From the NCBI GenBank assembly GCA_963766075.1, contig CAVYAN010000044.1, positions 1 to 22,833 of the forward strand: a DNA stretch of 22,833 nt. The letters run 5' to 3'. The translations under genes were made by a program, and so were the position numbers. This document shows, piece after piece, positions 1 through 9,100 of this stretch (position 1 is its first letter; each line of letters opens with the position of its first letter). The DNA is from an uncultured cyanobacterium (lineage in GTDB: Bacteria > Cyanobacteriota > Cyanobacteriia > Leptolyngbyales > Leptolyngbyaceae). Under the pieces are notes generated by a model. The model was not told the origin of the DNA. It worked only from the letters and a program-made list of their open reading frames with translations, and made no database searches.

Positions 1-119
1 ACCTATATGTGACACATCTGAAAAGCCTAACCTTCATATGGCAGGAGCCTATTTCATGGGACGTACTCCATATACTTGAAATCTGCTGTATCTCAGTGAT
101 TGCGAACCACGCGACGGGG

Positions 120-827
120 ATGATTGGCAATGATGCGGTGGCGGCACCGAAGAAGGCAGCGTTGCTCAATCGGCAGGGGCTGGTGCAGGCGCTGGCGGTT
201 CGGCTAGATGGGCTGGCCAAGGCGGATGGCAATGGGTTTAATGACACGGCGATGTTTAATCGGTTGTCGGGGGTGATGCATGGCCTCTTCAAGGATGCCT
301 ATGACCCGCGTGACCAAAAGATGGGAACCTGGGACGCCTTTACGCCCTGGGCGGCGGGGTGGCTGGCTCAAGAATCAATGAAGAGTCCGTTGGCAGTGCG
401 GGTGCAGGTGTTTGAGGCAACGCTGATGGGGGTGGCGCTGGAGGCGTTGCCGGCGACGACGACGGAGGCACAGTGGCAAGGGGTGACGGAGGCGCTGCGG
501 GCCTTGGCGAAGACCTATGCCTGGTTGAATCCCACGGTAGAAGTGGGGGCGGTATCGTCGGAGCAGCGGGACTTTGGGGTGTTTGACCGGCTGTGGCGGT
601 TGCAGGTGCCGGATGCGGCGGGGCAGTGGCGCAGTCCGGGGACGGAGTTGCCGCTGGCGGTGGCGGAGTTGCGGCGGTTGCTGACGGGGTTGGCGGATCC
701 GGCGCAGGGATTGCGGTTTATTCTTGGAAATCACCTTATGGCGAGGCAGGCTAAAGTCCCTGGCGAGATTGGCGGACTCTTGATGTGCAGCTATCGCGCG
801 ACGGTTGCTGAGTTTCTGCTCCAGTGA
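120..827 (+). CDS. Hypothetical protein (~235 aa)
   Basis: Long ORF with strong G-ending codon bias from ATG 120 (in frame with ORF-track 9..827). No recognisable motif. The 3' end overlaps the convergent gene by 77 nt and may be wrong. Confidence 0.6.
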   Translation: MIGNDAVAAPKKAALLNRQGLVQALAVRLDGLAKADGNGFNDTAMFNRLSGVMHGLFKDAYDPRDQKMGTWDAFTPWAAGWLAQESMKSPLAVRVQVFEATLMGVALEALPATTTEAQWQGVTEALRALAKTYAWLNPTVEVGAVSSEQRDFGVFDRLWRLQVPDAAGQWRSPGTELPLAVAELRRLLTGLADPAQGLRFILGNHLMARQAKVPGEIGGLLMCSYRATVAEFLLQ

Positions 828-1185
828 CCGATTGGTTCGGGCTGCCTGGTACCTGACCAATTACTTGCAACGCCTTCTGTACCGTTGCTTTCGCATACTG
901 GGTCATGGTAGCGACGGGAATCTGACCCACATGAATCTGATGCTGAACATAAGGACTCTGATGCAGAAAGCCCACTACATCTTTTGCGGCATACCCGGAC
1001 TTCAAAGCCGCTAATGCCACGCCATCATCGAGTTTGATGGCAGCCCAATCATTGGGGGCAAAGCGTTGATACAACGTTGGGTAATCGACACTGGTCTCGC
1101 CAATCACCGCCCTGGCAAAAACCAAGTAGGTTTGACGGGCTTCCTGTCCAGCCAGTTTTTCGGGTTCTTTCGGGGAGAGGGTCAC
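751..1185 (-). CDS. Hypothetical plasmid protein (144 aa), helical, downstream of the par operon
   Basis: GTG start, same strand as parM/parR, protein-like composition (LDDGVALAALKSG...LHQSPYVQ). Weak resemblance to helical domains of cyanobacterial plasmid proteins; function unassigned. Confidence 0.6.
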   Translation of the reverse strand: MTLSPKEPEKLAGQEARQTYLVFARAVIGETSVDYPTLYQRFAPNDWAAIKLDDGVALAALKSGYAAKDVVGFLHQSPYVQHQIHVGQIPVATMTQYAKATVQKALQVIGQVPGSPNQSVTGAETQQPSRDSCTSRVRQSRQGL

Positions 1186-1194
1186 GATTGGGAG

Positions 1195-1228
1195 AAAGGG
1201 TGAAGGGTAAAGGGTGAAGGGTGAAGAG
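1195..1228. repeat. Heptameric short tandem repeat (AAGGGTG/A, ~4-5 copies), STRR-like
   Basis: aaagggtgaagggtaaagggtgaagggtgaagagg in the intergenic gap; 7-bp tandem repeats are typical of filamentous cyanobacteria. Confidence 0.7.
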
Positions 1229-1248
1229 GAATTAGCTTTTGCTTTGGC

Positions 1249-1788
1249 TCAAGCAGCGAGGTCAGCGAAGGAATCGTCATCCTCCAGCAGCAGGCCCAAC
1301 GCACCCAACTCGTCGCCTGCCATTTTCACGCCTTGCTCAAAGTTAGCGATCGCTGGGCCGGGTGGCGATGGGAAAGATTCTCCGACAGGTAGAAAACTAC
1401 CCGATCGCAAAGCCAGGGCGATCGCCTCCAACCCATCCGCCAGCACCCTTTCCAATCGCCCCAAACCATCCGAAACCTCTGCCCCAGCATGTACAGTCCT
1501 CGGAGACTCAATCTGGTAGCGACTGCACAGCGCCTCCATCTGCTTCGCCATAACTTCCACACAATTGCGGGCCACTTCCTGTAACTCCACCTGCGACATC
1601 ACACCTCTATGCTCCTCCGCCAACGGACGATAGAATGCTGAGATCGCATCGATCGCCTGCTGCCGTCCCTGGCGACTGGTGAAATGGGGATGATTGAGCA
1701 AGTAATCGAGGACAATCCCTGCCGGGGCATCCCGTTGGGCGTTGTAGACCAGCTTCACCCGGTCCGAGCGGTCTTCGGTATCAGTCAT
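1249..1788 (-). CDS. ParR-like plasmid partition adaptor (179 aa, MTDTEDRSDRVKL...)
   Basis: ATG at 1788 overlaps the parM stop (TGATG). Small protein with an acidic C-terminal tail in the canonical position after an actin-like ATPase. Assigned mainly by context. Confidence 0.6.
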   Translation of the reverse strand: MTDTEDRSDRVKLVYNAQRDAPAGIVLDYLLNHPHFTSRQGRQQAIDAISAFYRPLAEEHRGVMSQVELQEVARNCVEVMAKQMEALCSRYQIESPRTVHAGAEVSDGLGRLERVLADGLEAIALALRSGSFLPVGESFPSPPGPAIANFEQGVKMAGDELGALGLLLEDDDSFADLAA

Positions 1789-2924
1789 CAGGCAACTCCC
1801 TGGAGGCGGTTCACGTCTCCCAATAATGCCTGGAAGAGGCCAAAACAGTCCACCATTCGCATCGGCATCGAAGGACATTCCTGGACCTCGGGCAGTTGCT
1901 CTGCCACCCAAGTCTGTAACCGTTCTTGCATCCCCCAAGCCATGGTACAGCGATCGCCAAAGCCCTTGGCCTCAAAGTACTGCTGCAACGCCGATCTCAT
2001 TAAATAGGCCGCACCACCCGCCAGGACCACCTCGCCTTTACCAGTCGCCAAACTGGGAATCAGATTGTCATTGAAATAGGGATCGAGAGCGGCCAGGTAA
2101 CCCGCTTCCACCTGCTGCATGGCACCGCTGAAATCCACCGCTTTCCCCTTTGCCACGGAATACTGAGGTCCTTGCCCCGTCTCCAGCGCTCTGAGCAGCA
2201 CCTCGTAATCGGTAGCGGAGACTCCAGAGGCGATCGCCGCCTTCTCGAAGACTTCCCAAAAACCCGGAAACTTGGAGGTTGACTTGGCCTGATTCAGGGT
2301 TCCGGTTTCAAAGGCCAGTTGGGTGCCATTGCGATGTCCGAGCATTTCAATCCAGGTGGTGCGGGTGGCGATCGCTGGTTCCCGCCTGCTGCAACTGCTG
2401 TTTGCGGTTGACGTAGATGCCGTAGCCTTCCGGTCGAAAGCTCAGCCGCAGGGAAATTTGGAACTCCTGCTCATCCCGAAAGCAGAAAGCTCTTGCAGAT
2501 TTCTGTCAGCCGGGTAGCAATGTCTTTGCGGGTGCTCAGTTCGTTGATGGGAAGCAAGACCCAGACGATCGCTTCAAACGCTGATGGCAGATGGTGAGAA
2601 CTGGCGATCGCCCCCAACGCTGCCGCAATCCGTTCGGGAGCTTTGAGAAACTTGTCTTCCTTGAAACTGTTGTAATCGGTGTGCGCTCTGGCGGACTTGC
2701 CAACAAAGGTTAATTCATCGCCCAGTCGATACCAGGCATTGTCCTGAGATCGCCCACCTGTATGGGCTTGACCGATGACGGACACCGGAACAGTGCGCCA
2801 CTTCCGAATCCATCCAGAGCGCCTGGGTAGGACCGTTGGATAACTTGTAAAAGAATTTGCCCCCGGACTTACCGAGGTCGCAGGCCAGGAGCAGGGTAGG
2901 CAGAGTCGAGATGCGGGAGAACAT
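1788..2924 (-). pseudogene. parM: ParM/StbA-family actin-like partition ATPase, three +1 frameshifts (~2795, ~2487, ~2380); ~377 aa if repaired
   Basis: GGAGG SD before ATG 2924. Motifs CDLGKSGGK (phosphate 1), FRPEGYG (in an intermediate frame absent from the ORF track), EMLGHRN (phosphate 2 region), VVLAGGAA (adenosine) and RMVDCFG occur in order across four frame segments. Confidence 0.85.
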
Positions 2925-2970
2925 AGCCGAAATCCTCCAAATTCAAGGACAAGCCAATTATCGCACAATA

Positions 2971-3052
2971 ATAGTGACTTAAAGTGACTTTAAGTGAAAT
3001 ATTGATTTTAAGCCATCTGGATAGAGTGATAAATAGTGACTATTTGTGAAAT
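2971..3052. promoter_or_regulatory. Candidate parC centromere/operator: two clusters of three 10-bp phased repeats with a GTGA core
   Basis: ATAGTGACTT/AAAGTGACTT/TAAGTGAAAT and AGAGTGATAA/ATAGTGACTA/TTTGTGAAAT. GTGA at 2974, 2984, 2994, 3026, 3036, 3046, in AT-rich DNA directly upstream of parM. Confidence 0.7.
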
Positions 3053-3150
3053 ACGTCCTGAGCAGGCAACACTTCTTCTGTAGGACTGAACTGAAGATGT
3101 CCCGGTATTTTCCTTTGGCTACGCCCCGTATCCGGGTCTTCGCGGAGAAA

Positions 3151-3174
3151 CCACACACTACGCCATCTTTGGCG
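3151..3174 (-). other. Putative MOBF oriT nic site (predicted nick between 3153 and 3152 on the minus strand)
   Basis: Minus strand reads CGCCA-AAGA-TGGCGTAGTGTGT^GG: a small hairpin adjoining GCGTAGTGTGTGG, the R100 nic core (F: GCGTGGGGTGT^GG). Lies ~160 bp upstream of the MOBF relaxase remnant. Confidence 0.7.
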
Positions 3175-3326
3175 AAAAATCCTGGAAAGTCTTTCTAGAC
3201 AGCGGTTTTAACGATTTTTATTCCTCGCTTTCGCTCTCCCCGATTTCAGTCTCATGTTTGACCGGCGCGCTCCGCGCTTTCGCGGCCCCCGTCTTCTGCT
3301 TCAGCTCAGCCCTTCCGAAACTGCCC

Positions 3327-3526
3327 ATGCTTTCCACCAGCAATGTTTCTGCCGAGCAGGCGGAGACCTACTACACCCAGGACGACTATTACAAGCCTCC
3401 CGGTGGGTAGGGCTCAGTTGCCGGATGGCCAGTGGCACAGCTTCATTACTGAAGCGGCGATCGCTCATCAAACACTTCTGGGAAAAATCTACCAAAACGA
3501 ACTGGCGGTGGCCTTAAGACAGCAGG
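3327..3526 (+). pseudogene. MOBF (TrwC/TraI-type) relaxase remnant, internally deleted and truncated
   Basis: 3327-3410 encodes MLSTSNVSAEQAETYYTQDDYY (N-terminal catalytic Tyr motif) then a stop. 3412-3525 in another frame encodes AQLPDGQWHSF...LLGKIYQNELAVALRQQ, the segment after the HUH motif. The HUH motif and helicase are absent. Confidence 0.85.
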
Positions 3527-3617
3527 TGTGTCAGAGGCATTTTGAGTCTTCAATCTGGAGCGCAAACTGCACAAGCTCAAAATCCTTGCACCTATTCATT
3601 TAAGGGATTAGATGGGA

Positions 3618-3637
3618 ATATCAGGGGATATCAGGGG
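3618..3637 (+). repeat. 10-bp direct tandem repeat ATATCAGGGG x2 overlapping the RBS of the sigma-like gene
   Basis: atatcagggg-atatcagggg-ag, ending 12 nt before ATG 3650. Confidence 0.5.
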
Positions 3638-3649
3638 AGTAGAGTCACT

Positions 3650-5083
3650 ATGGAAACGACATCAAGATATTGGCAACTTTGCCAAATTAGTCTGACGCGG
3701 GAACGAACCGGGTACGAGACCCGATCGCTCCCGCTTGCCCAGACATTTTTTCAAGCCCTGTTCTCGACGGCACGCTCAGTCCAACAGGATATTCAAGCCA
3801 GATTACTGTCGCAGTTTCACGCCCAACTGCCAGAGATTGCCCCCAATCACCGAGCGCAAGCGGGACTGTGTCTAAGATGTTATATTTCTTATCCCATTCT
3901 CAAAGCCTGTCAGACGATCGCCAATTCATTCAGCGGCGATCATCAATTCACTTATCACGACCTGCTGCCGTTTGTGCTGAATGATGATGGTAAAGCGCTG
4001 ATCCTGCTGGATCAGGATGGCAAAACCCACCTAAAGTTAGAGGATGCTGGCACCCCACAGCCAACAACGTTCAGGATTTTTGCGGTTGAAGTGTTGCGCA
4101 CCTTTAAGTCTGACTCTGCCACTAGCATGAGCCTAGGCAACTGGGCGTTTCTGCAAACCAAACGGCATCCGGAACTGAAAGCCTTTTTATCCGAATTTGG
4201 TTTTCAACATCTCAGCGATTGGGCATTGCTGAATCGCGTGCGCCCTAAACAGTTAGACCAATTAGCGGAGCGGGATCGCCACTTGGTTGAAGCTTTCCAT
4301 GCGGTGTATCGGCGCGATCGCCGCCAGCAGCGAGGTCATAGCAAATGTTTAGATCCCACCATTGCTCAACTCACGGAGATGCAGCGATTGTTAGAGCCGA
4401 CTCACCATTTCACCCCGGACGAACTCTTAAAAGCCCTCAAGCAAGTGTCTCAGCAATTACGTCAGTATGATATCTGGAGTCACAGAACTCCTTTAGAAGT
4501 GCAAAACCCAGAGAGCGGTCACTATGAACTGCGGCATGATTTGCCGACCGATGACCGCGATGAATTCGATGGGGAGCAGCAGGAGTTTCTAGAATTTCTG
4601 CAACAGCAACTCCCGCTAGCCTTGGCAAATGCCGTTGAGCAAGGCATTGCCGCCCATCGGGTGCAGTTAGAAAAAAGTCGGAAGTATGCTCCTTTTGCGG
4701 CCAGCTTTGTGGTGGGATTACAGCGCTACTACTGTGAAGGGCTATCGCTGCGGGAGATTGGGCCGCAATTGGGCATGAGCAGTTGGGATCAAACCCGCCG
4801 CATTCTGAATCCAGGCGATCTGCTCATCCAGGTGCGACGCTTGGCCGTACAACAAGTGTTCGATCAAATTCTGAAAAAGGCCCAGGCTTTGGGGTTAGCC
4901 TCCACCCCGCCGGAGCCGAGTTATCTCAAGACCTTATCGGAACAGATTGAAGCTTTTGTTGATGCTGAAATCTTTGCCGAGGCGGCGACGGAGATTAAAG
5001 CCGGAAAGCATCGATCGCTCAATAGCATCTACGCTCAGCAATTAAAACGTTACTTTGAACAATTAGGAGGCAGCAAGTTATGA
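3650..5083 (+). CDS. Divergent sigma70-like / HTH regulator of the cyanobacterial family found upstream of DUF1822 genes (477 aa)
   Basis: ATG 3650 with GGGGAG SD. Family motifs LCLRCYIS and LLPFVLNDDG, a region-2-like EVLRTF...SLGNWA, and a region-4-like HTH (EGLSLREIGPQLGMSSWDQTRRIL). Sigma activity is an inference. Confidence 0.6.
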   Translation: METTSRYWQLCQISLTRERTGYETRSLPLAQTFFQALFSTARSVQQDIQARLLSQFHAQLPEIAPNHRAQAGLCLRCYISYPILKACQTIANSFSGDHQFTYHDLLPFVLNDDGKALILLDQDGKTHLKLEDAGTPQPTTFRIFAVEVLRTFKSDSATSMSLGNWAFLQTKRHPELKAFLSEFGFQHLSDWALLNRVRPKQLDQLAERDRHLVEAFHAVYRRDRRQQRGHSKCLDPTIAQLTEMQRLLEPTHHFTPDELLKALKQVSQQLRQYDIWSHRTPLEVQNPESGHYELRHDLPTDDRDEFDGEQQEFLEFLQQQLPLALANAVEQGIAAHRVQLEKSRKYAPFAASFVVGLQRYYCEGLSLREIGPQLGMSSWDQTRRILNPGDLLIQVRRLAVQQVFDQILKKAQALGLASTPPEPSYLKTLSEQIEAFVDAEIFAEAATEIKAGKHRSLNSIYAQQLKRYFEQLGGSKL

Positions 5084-6129
5084 TCAGTTTTTCAGTCCAT
5101 TCCAATGATTTTAGGCTTTTGCTACCCGAAACTATTGGGTTAGAGCCGGAACAGTTTGACCAAGCTAAAGCCATCAGCCACCAGTCGGGTGATGAGGTGC
5201 ACCAGTGGGAAACCTATCTCAACGCCTTGGCCCGACTGGGATTGGCTGCGTGGTTGCGGGTGCAAATCCCCAATCAGCCGGTTCATCTAGAGACGAATCC
5301 AGTGGCAGGAGCAGGTTATCTTCAGGTTGGCGCGTTCAAAGTCTGTCTGATCGCAACAGAACAGGTTTTGGATGAAGTGGTGAATATTCCCCGCGCTGTA
5401 TTGGAACAACCGGCATTAACGGCGCATTTCTATGTGGTGTTAGAAGTTTTGGAAGAAGAAGCCGAGGCGATCGTGCGGGGATTTCTGCGCTATGACGAAC
5501 TCATGGCGGCTTACCATCCTGCTACTACCGACCGACTGGACAATCCCGTTTATACCCTACCCTTAGCGGCGTTAGATCCTGAGATCAATCATCTGGTCAC
5601 TTACACGCAGTACTCAACGCCCAGTGCAATCCCACTGCCCACTGTGGCTTCACCGCCCGTTGAAACAACCTTACACAACGAGGCTATAGCGATTAGAACG
5701 CGCTTAAGCCAGTGGTTAAAGGGTGTTCTGGATGAAGGGTGGCAGACGATTGATACTCTGGTGAATCCAGAGGCTAGTTTGGCGTTGAGCATTCGGCAGG
5801 GTGCGGCTGGTGCTAAAGGGGGTAAGTTGATTAACTTGGGGATGCAGTTAGGCGGTGAAACTGTGGCGCTACTCGTCACAGTTGTGCCCGATGCGGAGGA
5901 AAAACTGAATATTGGCATCCAGGTTTTACCTGCTGGGGGTGCAGCGGTTTTGCCGTCTCAGCTCACGTTGACGTTATTGTCTGGCTCTGACAAGAGCTTA
6001 CAGTCCGTGCAATCCAGAGAACAGGATAATTATATTCAACTGAAGTCGTTTAAGGGTAAGCCGGGAACACGCTTTAGTATTGAAGTCAGCTTGAATGGAA
6101 CTAATGTGAAAGAAGACTTTGAACTTTAA
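5080..6129 (+). CDS. DUF1822 family protein (349 aa)
   Basis: ATGA overlap with the upstream gene. Motifs YLNALA..GL..WL, FKVCLIATE, AHFYVVLEVLEE..A.VRGF, LSQWL....GWQ, KLINLG, and C-terminal QSREQDNYIQL..F.G.PGTRFSIEV...EDFEL. Confidence 0.85.
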   Translation: MISFSVHSNDFRLLLPETIGLEPEQFDQAKAISHQSGDEVHQWETYLNALARLGLAAWLRVQIPNQPVHLETNPVAGAGYLQVGAFKVCLIATEQVLDEVVNIPRAVLEQPALTAHFYVVLEVLEEEAEAIVRGFLRYDELMAAYHPATTDRLDNPVYTLPLAALDPEINHLVTYTQYSTPSAIPLPTVASPPVETTLHNEAIAIRTRLSQWLKGVLDEGWQTIDTLVNPEASLALSIRQGAAGAKGGKLINLGMQLGGETVALLVTVVPDAEEKLNIGIQVLPAGGAAVLPSQLTLTLLSGSDKSLQSVQSREQDNYIQLKSFKGKPGTRFSIEVSLNGTNVKEDFEL

Positions 6130-6130
6130 G

Positions 6131-9100
6131 ATGCCTAACACTGTTGTCATTAATTTAGGCAATGGCGATCTCGCTCAAGGGTTTCCCACTGTCACTGCGC
6201 GGCTGTGGGACGATCGCCATCCCCGTGCTGAACAGTTTATGGGTAGTCTGCCCGCCATGCCAGATCTGGCTGAATCCTATCGAATCTGGCAATCGACCTA
6301 TCGGGCCTTGTGCGATCGCCGCTTCATCCGCTCTGCCCCTGAAGAAGCAGAGGACGAGTTAGAAATTTCGACGGGCGGCATTACGAACGTTTCTCAGGTG
6401 AGCTTTCAGGCACTCAGTCAACAACTCCAACGGCAGTTGAATGACTGGCTGCAATCGGAGGGTTTTCGGAATATTGAACGGCAACTGCGATCGCAACTTC
6501 ATCCCAATGCCGAAATTCGAGTAATTTTTGAGGTCAATGATGATCTGCTCCACCGCTTGCCCTGGCACTGCTGGCACTTTTTGCGCGACTATACTAATGC
6601 CGAAGTGGCGTTGAGTTGTCCCGAATACAAACGTCGAGCCGGATCACGCTCCCTGATGGCCAGAAAGTTGGTGCGAATTTTGGCGATTCTGGGCAATAGT
6701 CACGGGATTGATGTTGCCGCAGAACGCCAGTTGCTGCAACGGTTGCCCGATGCGGAGACGCAGGTTCTGGTGATGCCCTCGCGGTCAGATCTCAACCACC
6801 AGCTTTGGGATCCGCTCGGCTGGGATATCCTGTTTTTTGCGGGGCATAGCCAGACAGAAGGGCAAATGGGCCGGATTTACATCAATGACAACCCGGTTCA
6901 CAACAGTCTGACGATCGACCAACTCGGAGAAGCCCTCAACACGGCAATTGATAATGGTCTAAAACTCGCCATTTTTAACTCCTGTGATGGTGTGGGATTA
7001 GCCCAAGCCTTGGCAGCTTTGCCAATTCCCCAGGTGATTGTGATGCGGGAGCCAGTGCCCAACCGCGTGGCACAGGAATTTTTCCAGCATTTCCTCACCG
7101 CCTACGCGACCGATCGCCTGCCCCTCTATGTCGCCGTGCGCCAAGCTCGTCGCCGATTGCAGGGATTAGAAGATGACTTTCCGGGAGCCTCGTGGTTGCC
7201 GGTGATTTGTCAAAATCCCGCGATTGATCCACCCACTTGGTTACAACTTGGCGGGATGCCGCCTTGTCCTTATCAAGGGTTATTTGCCTTCCAAGCCACG
7301 GATGCCGATGTCTTCTTTGGGCGGGAGCAATTCACCCAGAGTTTGGTTAAGGCTGTTCAACACAAGGCGTTAGTTGCTGTGGTCGGGCCTTCGGGCAGTG
7401 GCAAATCTTCGGTTGTGTTTGCGGGCTTAGTGGCACAGCTCCGCTTGCGCGATCGCAGTACTCCACCCCATCAGATTGTGTCCTTTCGTCCCGGTGGGAG
7501 TCCGTTTGATGCCTTGGCCGAGGCGCTCATCCAGGAACTGCCAGAAGTGACGCTGGCGGCGAAGGATTCGCGGTTTCTAGACCCCAGTCAAGCGCTTCAA
7601 TTCAGAACTTTAGAATTGGCGGTGGAGCTTCAGCAGGATCCACACGCGCTCTGTCAACGGATTGCGAAATGGGTGCAACACTCTCCGGGAGCACGACTGT
7701 TACTGATTGTCGATCAGTTTGAGGAACTCTACACGCTGTGTCCAGAAGACCAGCGCCAACTCTTTCTAGAGAGTTTGCTCAATGCGGTGCAGCTTGCACC
7801 CGCCTTTACGCTGGTGTTAACCTTGCGGGCTGATTTTTATGGCTATGCGTTGTCCGATCGCCGCTTCAGTGATGTTCTGCAAGATGCGGTCTACAATTTG
7901 GGGCCGATGAGTCAGGCGGAGTTGCAACGGGTGATCGGGCAACCCGCAGCGCAAAGGCAGGTGCAGTTGGAAGCGGGTTTAGTCGATCAGCTAATGCAAG
8001 CGACCTGGGGCCATGCGGGCCGGTTGCCGTTGCTGGAGTTTGCCCTGACGCAACTTTGGGCGAGGCAGCAGGAGGGCTGGCTGACCCATCAGGCGTATGC
8101 GGAAATTGGTGGGGTGGAGGAGGCGATCGCCAATCATGCGGAAACTGTTTATGCTCAACTGGTAGGGAGCGATCGTCGCCGCATTCAGCAAATCTTGGTG
8201 CAGCTTGTGGAACCTGGAACGGGCATTGAGCCGAGTCGCCGGTTAGCCACACGGGATGAGGTGGGGGAGGCCAACTGGGATTTGGTGACACGCCTTGCCT
8301 CGGCACGGTTGGTAGTGACAAACCGGAATGACACCACTGGCGAGGAAACGGTAGAAATTGTCCATGAGGCATTGTTACGAAATTGGGGACGCCTGGAGCA
8401 GTGGATTGCGGTGGATGGTGAGTTTCGGCGCTGGCAGGAGGGCCTGCGGATTGTCCGGCGGCAGTGGGAGAACAGTAGTCACGATGAAGAAGCTCTGTTG
8501 CGAGGCAAGCGATTAACCGATGCCAAGTACTGGTCTGTCAGTCGTGACGATGAACTCAGTTCGAGAGACCGCGAATTTATTCATTTGAGTGTATCGGTAC
8601 AGGAGCGCGACCATCGCAGGCAAAAGCGGCGGCGAAAAACCATTCTCTCTAGCTTAGTGGCGGGCTTAATCGCTGCACTGATATTGGCGGGATTGGCTTG
8701 GTGGGGATGGCAACGCTCAGCCCGCAGCGAAGTCCAAGCTGCTCTTAGCGAAGTTCGAGCGATCCGAATCACCTCAGACGCTTTGTTTGGTTCAGGAAAG
8801 CCCTTTGACGCCCTGGTAGAGGCCCTTCGGGCTAGCCAAAAGCTAAAAACCTTAGCGGGGGCAGATGCCGAGACTCGGACTGGGGTTGAGCTAGCGTTGC
8901 GGCAGTCCGTTTCTCGGGTCGTGGAGCAAAATCGATTGGTGGGGCATGACGGTGGGGTGACGGCGGTTGCCTTTAGCCGCGATGGTCAGGTGATTGCCTC
9001 CGGCAGTCAAGATCACACCGTTAAACTCTGGAATCGAGACGGCTCCGTGATCAGAACGCTCAAAGGGCATAAAAATGAGGTGTGGGGAGTTGCTATTAGT

